Below are positions 36,380 through 48,332 of a stretch of DNA of 64,000 bases, in pieces. Location of the stretch: NCBI GenBank assembly GCA_025558095.1, contig JAIVFI010000014.1, positions 248,001-312,000 of the forward strand. Reading direction: 5' to 3'. The number at the start of each line of letters is the position of its first letter. The first letter of the stretch is position 1. Source of the stretch: Hyaloraphidium curvatum SAG 235-1 (taxonomy: Eukaryota > Fungi > Monoblepharomycota). Under the pieces are notes generated by a model. It made no database searches. It was given only the letters and a program-made list of their open reading frames with translations, and was not told the origin of the DNA. Both the position numbers and the translations under genes were made by a program.

Positions 36380-39352
36380 ATGGCTGAGGTTCGTCGCCAA
36401 CCGATTCGGATCCTCCTTTGCTGACATGATGCCGCTCCGTTCTACATGATGCGTATCATTCTACTCTGCGGGACGCCTGGGAGCAGGCGGAGACGCATTT
36501 GGATGCACCGAAGGATGAGGCGGAGTTTGCGGAAGGGAAGCCCGCTACCAGGAAATCCGGACCGATGCGCAACCAGAATGGGCAACCGAAGGAGTCAGAC
36601 AAATCCAATGCCGGGGATGCTCCGTCGGGAGTACCGACGATGCGCCAGATGAAGCGCAACCCGGGCGAGGCGGAGATGGATGCCTTGTTTTCCTCGACCG
36701 AGACGTTGACCATTGACGAGGGCCTTGACGATATCACGACTCTGGCTCCACCGAGTTTGCCTGGCGTTCCGTGAGTCTGACAGTGGCTGCTCGCCGTGCT
36801 CGTCTAAGCGCACTCTTTGGCTGCAGTGCAAGCGGTGCCTTTGTGCCACCCCAGTTCGGTTACGTTCTGCAAGCTCCGGGCATGGTTCCTCAGCCTATCG
36901 CAGGGATGGGCCTGCAGCCGTATCCGTACTCAGTGCAGAACGCCGTTTTTCTGCAAGCGGCGCCTCCCATGGGCCCTTTCCCTGGAGCGGGCTTCGAGGG
37001 CGTTCAGTACGCATCCGATCTCCAGACTCAAGGGCAGCAGTTCCGGAGGTACCCAGTGGCAATCGACCCTCGGTTTCAGGTGCCCCAGCAGTTTGCAAGG
37101 CAAACGACTCTGGTGGGGCTTTCCTTTCGTTCCAGCGGGGGACTTTGCTAAGAGCCTACCCGACTACAGGTGAATTTGAACGCCGTTGCTCCCGTCGAGA
37201 AGGCGCGGCAAGCACAGCGGTCAGCTATGCAGCAGTGGTCACAGCCTTACAACCCCATGGCGTCGCCTCCGTCGGGCTACGGGATGGCAGGACCGCAGGG
37301 GTTCGTACCTGGGTCGGGCGCTGCTTTCACGGGGATGATGAGCGGTTTGTTAATTTCCGGTCGTATTGCTCATGTGCTCATGTGCACCTCACCTCACCGC
37401 AGGTATGTTTTCTAGCCCCGCCGCTCGGCGCCCATTTCCGGGGGAGAATCGGCGCGAGGGACAGCAAGAGAGGAAGAATCGTGCCTCTGGAAGCAGCGGC
37501 AATCGGAGCATCAGCGGGTGGGTTGCACGCTGTCGCTACATGTCGGCCTTTGCTGACTGTATTGCTTTAGGGGACCAAGTGTAGTGCAAGGCCAATTGGC
37601 ATCGACGGGAGGCGTCCAGGGAGGGGTATGCCGCTTCTTCCGGCAAGGCCACTGCAAGTTCGAAGATCGGTGCCGCTACTCGCACGACATGGCCCGCGCA
37701 CCGGGCGACAGCTTTGCTCAGTTTCAGGGACCTGGAAGCTCGTACCCTGGCATCGGCATTGCCTACAACCCGTCGGGCATGCCCATGCCATACGCGATGC
37801 AGCCTCAGTACGCTGCGCCTTTCCAGGGATCAGGCTTTGGAATGGGAGCACCGGCGCATGGAAGGCAGCGCTCAGACGGCTCCCACCACCACGGTCACAA
37901 GTCTCGGCAGGCCTCCGAAGAAGGTGCGCTGCAGACATGCGACGTTGCTGGTCATGCTCACCAGCTTCATTCCACAGCACGCTTCGTCAACGCCGAGGTG
38001 TCGACTTTCGTCGGTGAGATCCACAACCTGTGCAAAGACCAGTTCGGCTGCCGGTTTCTGCAACGCAAGTTGGAAGAAGGAGCGGGCAACGATCGGGAGC
38101 TCATTTTTACCGAGGTCTATGATCATTTCAACGATCTGATGACGGGTAAGGACCCTGCAAACGCGGCTGATGGGAACCATGCTAAAGGGCACCCGTAGAT
38201 CCGTTTGGAAACTACCTGTGCCAGAAGATGATCGAAGTCGCCACGGATGCGCAGAAGAGCACGATCGTTGACAAAGTCGGACCGGAATTGGTGAACATTT
38301 CGTTGAACATGCACGGGACGCGGGCGGTGCAGAAGCTGATCGAAAACTTGACCCTACCGGCGCACGTAAGGACGGCCAATGGGGTTTTCCATGAGCTTGT
38401 CTGACGCGCCCCAAAGATTCGTGTCGCCGTGAACTACATGAGCCAAAGCGTCGTGACTCTGATCAAGGACCTTAATGGAAACCACGTCATTCAGAAATGT
38501 CTGAAAACTCTGTTGCACGAGGACAACGAGGTGGGTTAGTTGGCTGGTGGTCAAGCCACCGCCCTGACCCTTCGGCAGTTCATATTTAGGGCGGTCACCG
38601 ACCACTGCTTGGAGGTTGCATGCCACAAGCACGGTTGCTGCGTCCTGCAGCGCTGCTTGGACGACTCGTCCGAAGTGCAAAAGGAGCTGCTGGTCCGCGA
38701 GATTACTTATCATGCTCTGCAACTGGTCAAGGACCAGTTTGGCAACTACGTCGTTCAGTATGTATTGGACCTTGGGGACCCTACCTTCGTCCTTCCTATG
38801 CTGCGTCAGTTCGTGAACTTCGTTCCGGAGCTGAGCATGCAAAAGCACAGTTCGAACGCCATCGAAAAAGTAAGGATCATCTGCGATCTTCCTTAGCTCT
38901 TCTCACACGCGTGCCCTCCAGTCAATCAAGATTGCTGACCCCGAGATGAGGTCTACCTTCATTGGAGAGCTGTTGGCGCCGGAGCGATTCGAGCTGCTGG
39001 TCCGCGACCAGTACGCCAACTTTGTCATCCAAACGGCACTCGAGTACGCCGACCCGTTCCAGCGACGCAAGGTACACCGAATGCGGACGTCAGCGTTCGT
39101 GCTTCTAACGTGTTTTGCAGCTCATTGAATTGATTACCCCTCTCCTCCAGGCAATGCGGAGCACGCCTTTTGGTAGGCACCTATGAAGCTTCAGGGAGTA
39201 TGCCGCTGATCGCTCGCTAAAGGAAAACGAATCACCAGCCGATATCCATCCGAGTTCCCGATCCTCGATACCTCATTCCCTGGCTTCCCGCCCGCAACCC
39301 ATCACATGATGATGCCCGGAGCCTATTCGTGATCGCCAAAGGGTGTCTGTAA
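36380..39352 (+). CDS. Pumilio (Puf4/Puf5-like) RNA-binding protein with a CCCH zinc finger
   Basis: CRFFRQGHCKFEDRCRYSH; LCKDQFGCRFLQRKLE, DPFGNYLCQK, NMHGTRAVQK, NGNHVIQKCL, HKHGCCVLQRC, DQFGNYVVQY, DQYANFVIQT. Start codon uncertain. Confidence 0.88.
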
Positions 39353-39418
39353 TGTATAGTGAGAGAAAAATCAGGCACTGGTATCGATTGGTATTGAGAA
39401 TACACCTGAACTGCTCTA

Positions 39419-41510
39419 CTACCGTACGGGAAGCAGATCGTCTGATCACGGGGGAAGAGAATGAGCGCGATCCTTACGGCGACGAACATTCCACCATACC
39501 TATCTTCAGGATCATGCGTACCGTCTCCGTCGATAGAGCAACAGCGCTGGTTGAAACCAGAAGCGGCTGCACGACATTCTCCTCCAGAATGTTCGTGATC
39601 ATGCCTTTGCGGACGTTTATGCCCGCAGTCTTCTCCCCCTTGGCGTGCCTGTTCCGCAGCTCCGTCACGATGGCGATGGGGTTCAGACCCGCGTTCTCGG
39701 CGAGTGTGGTCGGGATGACTTCGAGCGCCTCGGCATATGCCTGGAAGCAGTATGCTTCCATGCCGGTGAGAGTCTTTGCGTACTGCATCATCTTCTGCGA
39801 CACCTCGATCTCGGGCGCGCCTCCACCGGCGATCAGAGCCCTGAAAAGACTGTGAGCCAGCAAACTCGACGGCAACCCGACGTCGGTTACCTCTGCTTCA
39901 CGAGACACCGAATAACGCACAGTGCGTCGTGGAGACTGCGCTCCGCCTCTTCAAGCACCAGGTTGTTGGCGCCGCGTATGAGAACCGACACCGTTTTGCC
40001 GGGGTTCTTGACCCCGGTGATCTTGACCACCTTGGAACCCGAAAGGCTGACTTCTTCCACCGTCTCGGCGTAGCCAAGCTTGTCCTCCGTGAACGAGTCA
40101 ATGTCCGCGATCGGCTTGCAGCCCAAGGTCTTCAAAATGCGAGGTCAGCCATGGGTGCTGAAGGCTATTCGTCGCAGCGCACCTTGCAGATGAACTCGAC
40201 CTCGTCGCGCTCAATGTCCTTGACGACCATGATCTTGAGCTTGGAGAGGAAGTGGAGGCTCAGGTCCGTCACCGCGTCGCGGAGAATGGACTTCTGAATG
40301 AGGATGACGTTGCAACCGGACTTCTTGATTGTCTTGACGATGTTGAGCAAGTAGGTCCTCTCCTCCTTCAGAATCTTATCCATTTGCCGGTAGTCGTTCA
40401 CGACGATCTGGTTCTCCATCTGCGAAACTCGCGTCAGCCACAGACAAATGCTGTCCTGGACAGAAACGTACATCCGGCTTGGGCGGCGACAGCTGGAACT
40501 GGATGAGCGCGACCTTGGCCTTTTCCATCCTGGTGGGGCCTCCGGCGGACGACTGAGCCGTCTGTGTCATGACGATGCCATCCACGAGCTCCGTGTCGTC
40601 AATGGTCCCCCCCAACTTCTGCACCAGGCGAATGTCCTTCAGGTCCACGTTGTTGGCGACGGCGGGGTTTATGACCCGCAGAACGGCGTCCACTGCGATC
40701 GGAGCCAGGAGACTGGAGTACTGTGACACGATCTTGGAGCTCAACGATGTCACCGCAGACTTGAGCAGCGACTCCCTGTCCGACAGGTCCACCTTCGTGG
40801 ACATGTCGGTGAGGAACTCGACGGCCTTGTACGACGCCCGTTGAAACGCGTCCGCGATCGTCGTAGGATGAATGCCTGTGACGGGGTGTGAGCACGGTCC
40901 CCTGCGGGTTTGGGCGTTCCGAACCGACCCTTTTCGAGCAGCTTCTCCACGGCGGTCAGCAAACTCCCGGCAAGAACCACCACGGAGGTCGTCCCGTCTC
41001 CAGCCTCCACGTCCTGCGCCGCGGACAGATCCACCAGCATCTTCGCCGCCGGGTGAAGCACCGACATTTGCTTCAGGATGGTTGCGCCGTCGTTGGTGAT
41101 CAGAACCTCCCCGTCCGCAGTTTGGATCTAGTGCCAGGAGCGCGCGAAAAGAACGCAATGATCGAGAGCAGCAAGCGGTGGCGGCATCGCGCGCGTTTGG
41201 GCCGGGGGCACGTCCGTGAGCGCCGGGCAGAAAAGGGCGACCCGACGCGTTCCCACCATCTTGTCCATCCCGCGCGGTCCCAAGCTCGTCCGTACAGCAT
41301 CGGCAACAGCTGAGTCGATTTTAATTCGGGCGTGGCCGGCGGACGCGTTCAGCGCGGTTCAACCGGGAGGGCACCCCTGGCAGTACCTTTCGCGGCGACG
41401 ATGTTGCTCATGCGCACCTCGGCCGGCTTCTCCTTGTCCCGGAAGACGCCGGCAGATCCGGCGCCTTTCGATGCGGCCGCCGGGGCCGGCGCTGCCGCTG
41501 CGGTGGCCAT
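39419..41510 (-). CDS. CCT4: Chaperonin CCT subunit delta
   Basis: [64 protein letters not shown]. Confidence 0.97.
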
Positions 41511-41635
41511 GGCGCGGGGAGGAAACGAAAGGACAGGAAACGAGGTTGTGGTGATCGCACGCGCGGACTCGCGCGGTCCTCACTCCTGCCCGCTCTGCTC
41601 GCCAAGGACCTGCTTCAGCTCAAGACGCGTCAAGA

Positions 41636-42171
41636 ATGATCAGGTACGCGTCTTTGACCACGTCTCGCGCTGCCACGGTCTTTTCCGACGCCGTTCGGAC
41701 AGGCACGTCTACATCTTCAACACGTCGGGCAAGCCCCGGCTGGTTCAGAACTACGTCCAGATGGACACGGCTGCGACCCAGGAGCTCATGAGGACCATCT
41801 TTGCGCTCGTTGCCCGGCGCCCGGACAGCGCCTGCAACTTCCTGGAGACCAGCGGGATCAGACTGCTGGACGGCGACCACAAGATCATCTATCGCCACTA
41901 CGCGACCCTGTACTTTGTGTTCGTGGTCGACAGCTCCGAGAGCGAGCTCGGTATTCTGGACCTTATCCAGGTCTTTGTGGAGACACTGGACCGGACGTTC
42001 GAAAACGTCTGCGAACTGGACCTCATCTTTTCGTTCACCGAAGTCCACTACATCCTGAACGAGGTCATTGCCGGTGGCCTCGTCGTGAACATGATAAGCT
42101 CGAGCCTGTCGCAGCAGATTCAGGCCCACCAGAAGGCCGCGGGATTCTCGGGGCGATCTAGTTCGTCATAG
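41636..42171 (+). CDS. APS3: AP-3 adaptor complex sigma subunit
   Basis: IFNTSGKPRL, IYRHYATLYFVFVVDSSESELGILDLIQVFVETLD..FENVCELDLIF. Confidence 0.93.
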
Positions 42172-42197
42172 CCCGCAGTGGGCACAAATACTCGGTT

Positions 42198-43876
42198 CTA
42201 CTCTTTCTTCGGATCCTGCCCGAGCTCTCGAAGGTGGTTCCAATGGGTATAGAACGCCTCGCCGAAGGTGACCTGTGCGCGGACGTGAGCAGCTGGAATC
42301 GGCAGTTGCGCAACGTGCCCACCTTGGCGTTGTACGGGACGTCAAACTCCTTGCACGCGGCTTTGACGATGGGCGCGATTTCCGGGTAGTAGTACTGGTT
42401 CACTCCCGGGAACAAGTGGTGGACGACCTGGATTCGCCAGATCAATCGCGGCCGCCCGAGAACCGCCCTCGGACGTACCTGGTAATTCAAGGCTCCCGAC
42501 GCCAAGGTCCAGAACGTGGAGTCGTGACCGTAATCCTGCGAAGTGAGGATCTGGTGGACAGCCCAATCGTTTGCCATCCGCCCGTCCTTGTCGGGCAAGG
42601 GCCAGTCGACGTCTGATAGTGGGGTCAGACTCCGTTCTAGACTGCGCAGGGGTTGCGACGCCTACCGGTAACGACGTGGTTCACCTGGAAGAGCACAGCG
42701 AGCCAGTAGCTCGACATGGCATCCGCCACCGCCGTCAGGAAGAGGACCTTCCAAAGCGGAAGGAAGAAGGCCGGCAGCACGACCCGGTGCAGCACCCAGA
42801 AGACCTTGCCTCCCCAGAACTGCACGTTCTGGCCCTGTGAGGGCTCATTCACCCTGATCGTGTCGTTCCGCTTCTGGACGTAGAGCAGCTGCGGGTCCTG
42901 CACGCGGGTCTTGACAGCGAGGAACGCGTAGAGCAGAGGCACGAACAGCTCCTGGTTCTTGTAATTGGAGTACCAAGACTGCGAGGGCTTGATTCGCCGC
43001 ACGTCCGGATCGCTCGTGACAACGTCCGGATCCGCGTTGGCGATGTTCGTATAAGGGTGGTGGCCCAGGATGTGCTGGTACGTCCAGTTCAGGAACGACG
43101 CCCCGTTCAGGAAGTCATGGGTCGCGCCAAGGAAGTCCCACACCATCGGCGAGTGCGTGAACGAGAAGTGGGACGAGTCGTGCATGGGAATCAGGCCGAG
43201 CTGGAGGCATACGAGCCGTCAAGCCTCGGCATGGAAGTGCCGGCGCAGCGACCCACGAGAGCACATCCCCACCCGAGCAGCACCGCCAAGACAGTCTGGA
43301 CGGGGAGGTTGTTCCGGAGCGGCCCGTAGAAGAATTGTAGGTAGTACGTTCCGAGAATGAGACCGTAGACGGCGAGGTACCTGCCCACGATGGGCCAGGC
43401 AAACTTCGGGTCCTGCTTGGTGTCCTTGAAGTACTGCGCGACGCGGGCCTTGATGGCGCGGTGGAACTCGTTGGGTTCGGGGAACACGGGCAGCTCGTTG
43501 GTCACGAGATCCCCGATGTAGAATTTGCTGCCGCGGCGCGAATGTGAGACCGCATCGCACCCGTTGGAGTGCAAACCTTGCGTACCTGAGTACCGGAGCC
43601 GCCACGGCGTCGTCGTGGTAAGATTCGAACGACTCGGTGACGTCCCGCCCCGCGGCAGCGAGTAGCGCAGCCCTCCCGCCTACGGCCTCCACTGAGCGTT
43701 CCATTCGATAAAAGAGCAATCCATGTCGCCTTACCAGGGTGCCGCGATATGAAATCGGTCACGTCATACACCTTGCCACGGATCGCGAGGTACAGCGAGT
43801 CCGGCCGGTTGTGCTCCGCGAGTTCCTGCCAGGTGAACTGCCGTTTCCCGGCCTTGATCCCGTTCGCTCCAACCAT
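42198..43876 (-). CDS. Cytochrome b5-fused front-end (delta-5-like) fatty acid desaturase
   Basis: [14 protein letters not shown] heme motif; His boxes HDSSH, HILGHH, QVVHH; resembles the Mortierella delta-5 desaturase as I recall it. Confidence 0.9.
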
Positions 43877-44013
43877 GCCTCCGGCCAGGTGGGGCGAGCA
43901 ACCGCTCCGTCAATGAGCAATCCGAGGGTGGCGGCGCAGAAGTTGGGGCCGCCGCCAAGCAAGTTCAGGCTCCCCGCGTAAAGCCCTTGTTTTCCTGCTC
44001 GCACGACGCGACG

Positions 44014-44742
44014 ATGGTGACCGTCCGATTGGCTCGACCGGAGGATCTGCCTGCGATGCAGGCGTGCAACCTGCTCAACTTGCCGGAGAACTACCAGCTC
44101 AAGTACTAGTGCGTGTTCTCCGATACCCGACCTTGACATCAGAGGAGCTAACCGGACCGCTTCCATCGCAGCATGTACCACGCGTTATCGTGGCCTCAAT
44201 TGAGTTACGTTGCGGAGGACTCCAAGGGGCGGATAGTGGGATACGTTCTGGCCAAGATGTGGGATGCTCCGCGACTCGTGTCTCGCCCTCGACTAATGAA
44301 GCGTTCAGGGAGGAGGAGGGCGGCGAGGCACCACACGGACACATCACTTCTCTCTCCGTGATGAGGACGTACCGGCGGCTAGGGCTGGCAGAACGGCTGA
44401 TGCAGGCTTCCCGTGAGCCGGCCTCGCGAATCTACAAGCATCACCTCAGGCTAACGCGACAGCCTCGACAGAACAAGCCATGGTCAACATCTTTGACGCC
44501 CATTACGTTTCCCTACACGTCCGCAAGTCGAACCGGGCCGCGCTGCATCTTTACCGGGACACTTTGGGCTTTGGTGTTAGCGAAGTGGAGAAGAAGTACT
44601 ATGCGGATGGAGAGGACGCCTAGTAAGAGCTTGCTGGGGTCGCCTCGGGGAAAAGGGTTGACGATCCTTTTACCATAGCGCGTGCAAGAAGTGGTTCAAA
44701 ACGCCAAAGGATCCGAAAGAAGCCGCGAGCATTGCGAAGTGA
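44014..44742 (+). CDS. ARD1: NatA catalytic subunit Ard1/Naa10
   Basis: [61 protein letters not shown]. Confidence 0.96.
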
Positions 44743-44764
44743 GGGAGGAAACTCTATTTGTGGC

Positions 44765-47485
44765 TCATTCAGTCTTTTTGGCATCCTTCTCGGCCTCTGC
44801 TGCCGCCTGGTCGATCTTGTCGAACTGCCATTTCCACGACGACGGGTAGAGGAACGGCCGGAGGTCGAAACGATTGTCATCGGGAGAGTACGATTCTGTG
44901 GCACGTCAGCGAGGAAGCCTGGCGCGCGGTGGCGAGGGCTCACCGCAATGAAGGGACGGCGTGAGGACTGTCATCTTGTGGCGGTTGATAGAGTAGTAGA
45001 AGAAGAAGCGCTTCACTTTGGTCGCGATCTGAATTGCGCCGTTAGCCATTGGGCGAGGATGGGCTTTCGCTGACTTCACCTCGGTCGGGCTGAACATTGA
45101 CCCCCAGTCCGAGAGCAGCTTGCCAAACATGGTGTAGGGCCCACTCATCTGCACTTTCCGGAGACGACCAAAGACGGAGAGCTCGGCATAGGTCATCCCC
45201 ATGTCGGCCTCGTCCGTCTGGGTGTACGTTTCCGTGATCGGCTCGAGCTCCGCGGTAGGAGGCGCGTCCAGAAAGCTACGGATAGGCCGTAAGCAGCTGT
45301 GCGGAGCACATAAGGCGTCCGATGCAGCGTACGAACCCGTCAAGCATAGGCAACCCGTAGTCATCGCGAGCGAAGCCGATGAAACCCCGCAGATCGATCT
45401 TGCTGATTGCGCCGATTGGGTTCAGGTCCGCACTCGAACAGTCGTACTTGGTGAGGTAGCCTCGCAAACTTCGAGCAGTCAGCGTCGATGAAGGGATCCC
45501 GGTACCGCTCTTACCTCTCGTCGACGTTACCCGTACCCAAAACCAAAAGCGAACCCTGGCGTCCCCGCACCCAGAGCAGGAGCTGCGCGAAGAGGTACGA
45601 CAGCACCATGCGGATCCGAGCCTGCACGTTCTGCATGGCCTGGTTCTCTCCGAAGGTGCCCCCGTGCGTCCTGAATTGCGGCGTCTTTCCAGTGATGAGA
45701 GTAAAGACACCGAGGATGGCATCGACGACAGTGTCGATGCTCAGGGTGAGGTGGTACGCTCCGATCTTGGCCGCGAGGTCCGCCGCGCGCTGCTTCGTGT
45801 CGTTGCTCGAGTTCTTGGAACCCATGTAAATGGTGTGGAGGATGCGACTGACAACCGATCAGATCGAATCGGCGGCTTTCCCAGGCGACTCACTTGCAAA
45901 ACTCGGTGGGATCCGTGGGCACGTAGTCCGTCCCAGCTTCGCCAACCACAGCTCTGGCGTCTGCCAACACTTGCTTGTCTACGTGATCAGAGTCAGACTC
46001 GCGGACGAGCCGAACATCAGTCACCACATGCCTCCTTTGCCGACAGCCTTGACGACCTGGCGGCACATGGAGAACACCAGAAGAGCAACGGCGCAGGAAT
46101 CCACGCCGCCACTGAGCGGGATGAAGAAACCCCCAGCCTTGGCCCGACGGAGATAGTCCCACAACCAGCAAGCAGGACCGAGGCTTCCCGATTTCGATCA
46201 AGCCCTTCGCTTGCGGTCGAGACACGCGCCTCACCTGATTTCCTCTTCCGGAGTAGGAATGGTCACCGGGATCGGCTTGGACGGTAGCGTGTCCCCGGCA
46301 AGATTCGGGTCGGCCGACGACAACGAGATGTCTGCCTTCACCCGAGGATAGGCAGGTGAAGCAGCGGCTTGCATGGATCTGCTGTAGTGAGCTCCTCGGG
46401 CGGCACGAACGTCCTCGATATCAATCGTGGCTGTGATGACTTCCTAGGATGATCGATACACCCGTCAACCGTGGAAAGCTGTGTCACGGATGCGGGGCCA
46501 AACCCACCACATCCGTCAGAGAGAACTGGGAAGCTTGCGCGACCACGTTCCCGTTGACGGCAATCATTGAACTTCCGTCGTAATAGAGCCGATCGGCGTC
46601 ACACCCCTGCAAGTTGGCATACAGGTAGACACCTCCACACTTCTGGCTCGCGCTCCTGATCAGATCAAGCCGCTTCCCCAGTTTTCGCAGCTCCCAGTGG
46701 GATCCGCTGCTGTTGACGATGATCTCTACGCCGTCGAGGCTCATGGGGATATGCGGGCTCGACGGCGTGAAGAGCTCTTCGCACAGCTCCGTGCCGACAA
46801 CAGTGTCCACGGTCGATATGACGCCGTCCCCGAAAGGCACAGTTTCCTGGCCGGTGATCGCGCGGATCATCCGGGGAAGGTAGTGCTCCTCCACCTGGCG
46901 GATCTTGGTCCACGCCGTGAACCAGCGCGCCTCGCGGTAATTCCCGTCGTTCGCGAGCCACAGCTTGGGGCGAATGAGCAGAACCTTGCCATTGAGCAGG
47001 AACAGGCGGCAGTTGTACTTGACGCCCTTGTGGGCGACAGGCCTGGAAGCGCACAGTCAGCTTCCGTGGGAGCTAGTTGAAACGAAGTGCGGGCAAGACG
47101 CACATGCCGACGTCAATGAGAATGTCGCGAGCGTCTTCCGACTGTAGAATTCGCGCCAAGACCTCCCATGAATGCAGGTACGTGTCGCCTGGTGGTGCGG
47201 CGACACGTCAGCGCCTCATTCCACCCCCCGCGTGCCCTTTCGAGCCGTGCCTTCGAGGAAGTGATCGCTGCAGCCGTATCCCCTGTTTCCACATCGTACG
47301 ATTAGCATGGAAGCATCACATAGGCTCCGGGACACTTGCGTGATTTCGAGCTCCGGCCCCGCACGGAGCTTCGCACCCCGGCTCTTGGCGACGCGAATGC
47401 TCTCCAGGATCCGCTCCAGGTTCCCATTGAAATCCAATGCCCACTGATCCAGCTGCGCAACGGCGACGGTAATGAGGTGGCCCAT
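44765..47485 (-). CDS. QNS1: Glutamine-dependent NAD+ synthetase
   Basis: [64 protein letters not shown]. Confidence 0.96.
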
Positions 47486-47608
47486 CGCGCGAAGGACTCG
47501 CAGGGACAATGCCGAACAAATCCCTTGGCGCAGAATCGACTGCAACGGCCGCGTCTTCCTTCCCCTATCTCGCCGCGGGGTTTCCGCGACAGCATCTTTG
47601 CCGCAGCG

Positions 47609-48287
47609 ATGGCGACCAAAGTCCAGGTTTGGACGGTCGAGCGTCGCGAATCGGAACTTCAGTGACCGCGAGGTTCCCACATCTGCTGCGCTTCTCGCCC
47701 GTCAAAACGACACAATGACCAACAGCGTGTGATGGTTCAACCCATCGTGCGTGTCTCGTTTGCCTCTCGTCGATTGGACCCCTTGCTGACAGCCTGCTCG
47801 TCTGACCTGGGCCGGGATGCTGGTTTCGCGTTCTTGGCAACGATTTGCCCCTCCCACTGCCTTCAGAATCTTATCTTCCGGATGCTGCAAAGTGTCAGTT
47901 GAGCTTTGAATACCTGCTCCAAGTGGACTTGGAGCGTGGACGGGGACTGACACCGGTTCCCGTGTGTTGCTCTCCTCTTCAGAGAACACGCGTGTCGATT
48001 TGGCTGTTCGAGCAGACGGACACTCGGATAGAAGGGAAGATTATTGGATTCGACGAGTTCATGGTGGGAGGAGCGTGAGCAGGCGCTGTCTACCGCTCTC
48101 ACCGGTCTCCACGGCAGAACATGGTGATCGATGACGCTGAGGAGGTTTCGATGAAGGCGGAGGGCGGCCGGAAACAATTAGGGCGGATATTGCTAAAGGT
48201 CTGCGGCTTCTGAGCGACGCGTTCCTGGGGTTCTGATTCCTTTCGCTGCCACAGGGGGACAATATCACGCTAATTCAAAACGCATAG
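47609..48287 (+). CDS. SME1: Sm core protein E
   Basis: Short exons give [69 protein letters not shown]. Confidence 0.93.
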
Positions 48288-48332
48288 GATTCAGCGACAT
48301 GTACATGTGACCGTCTAGAGCTCTGATGTTGC

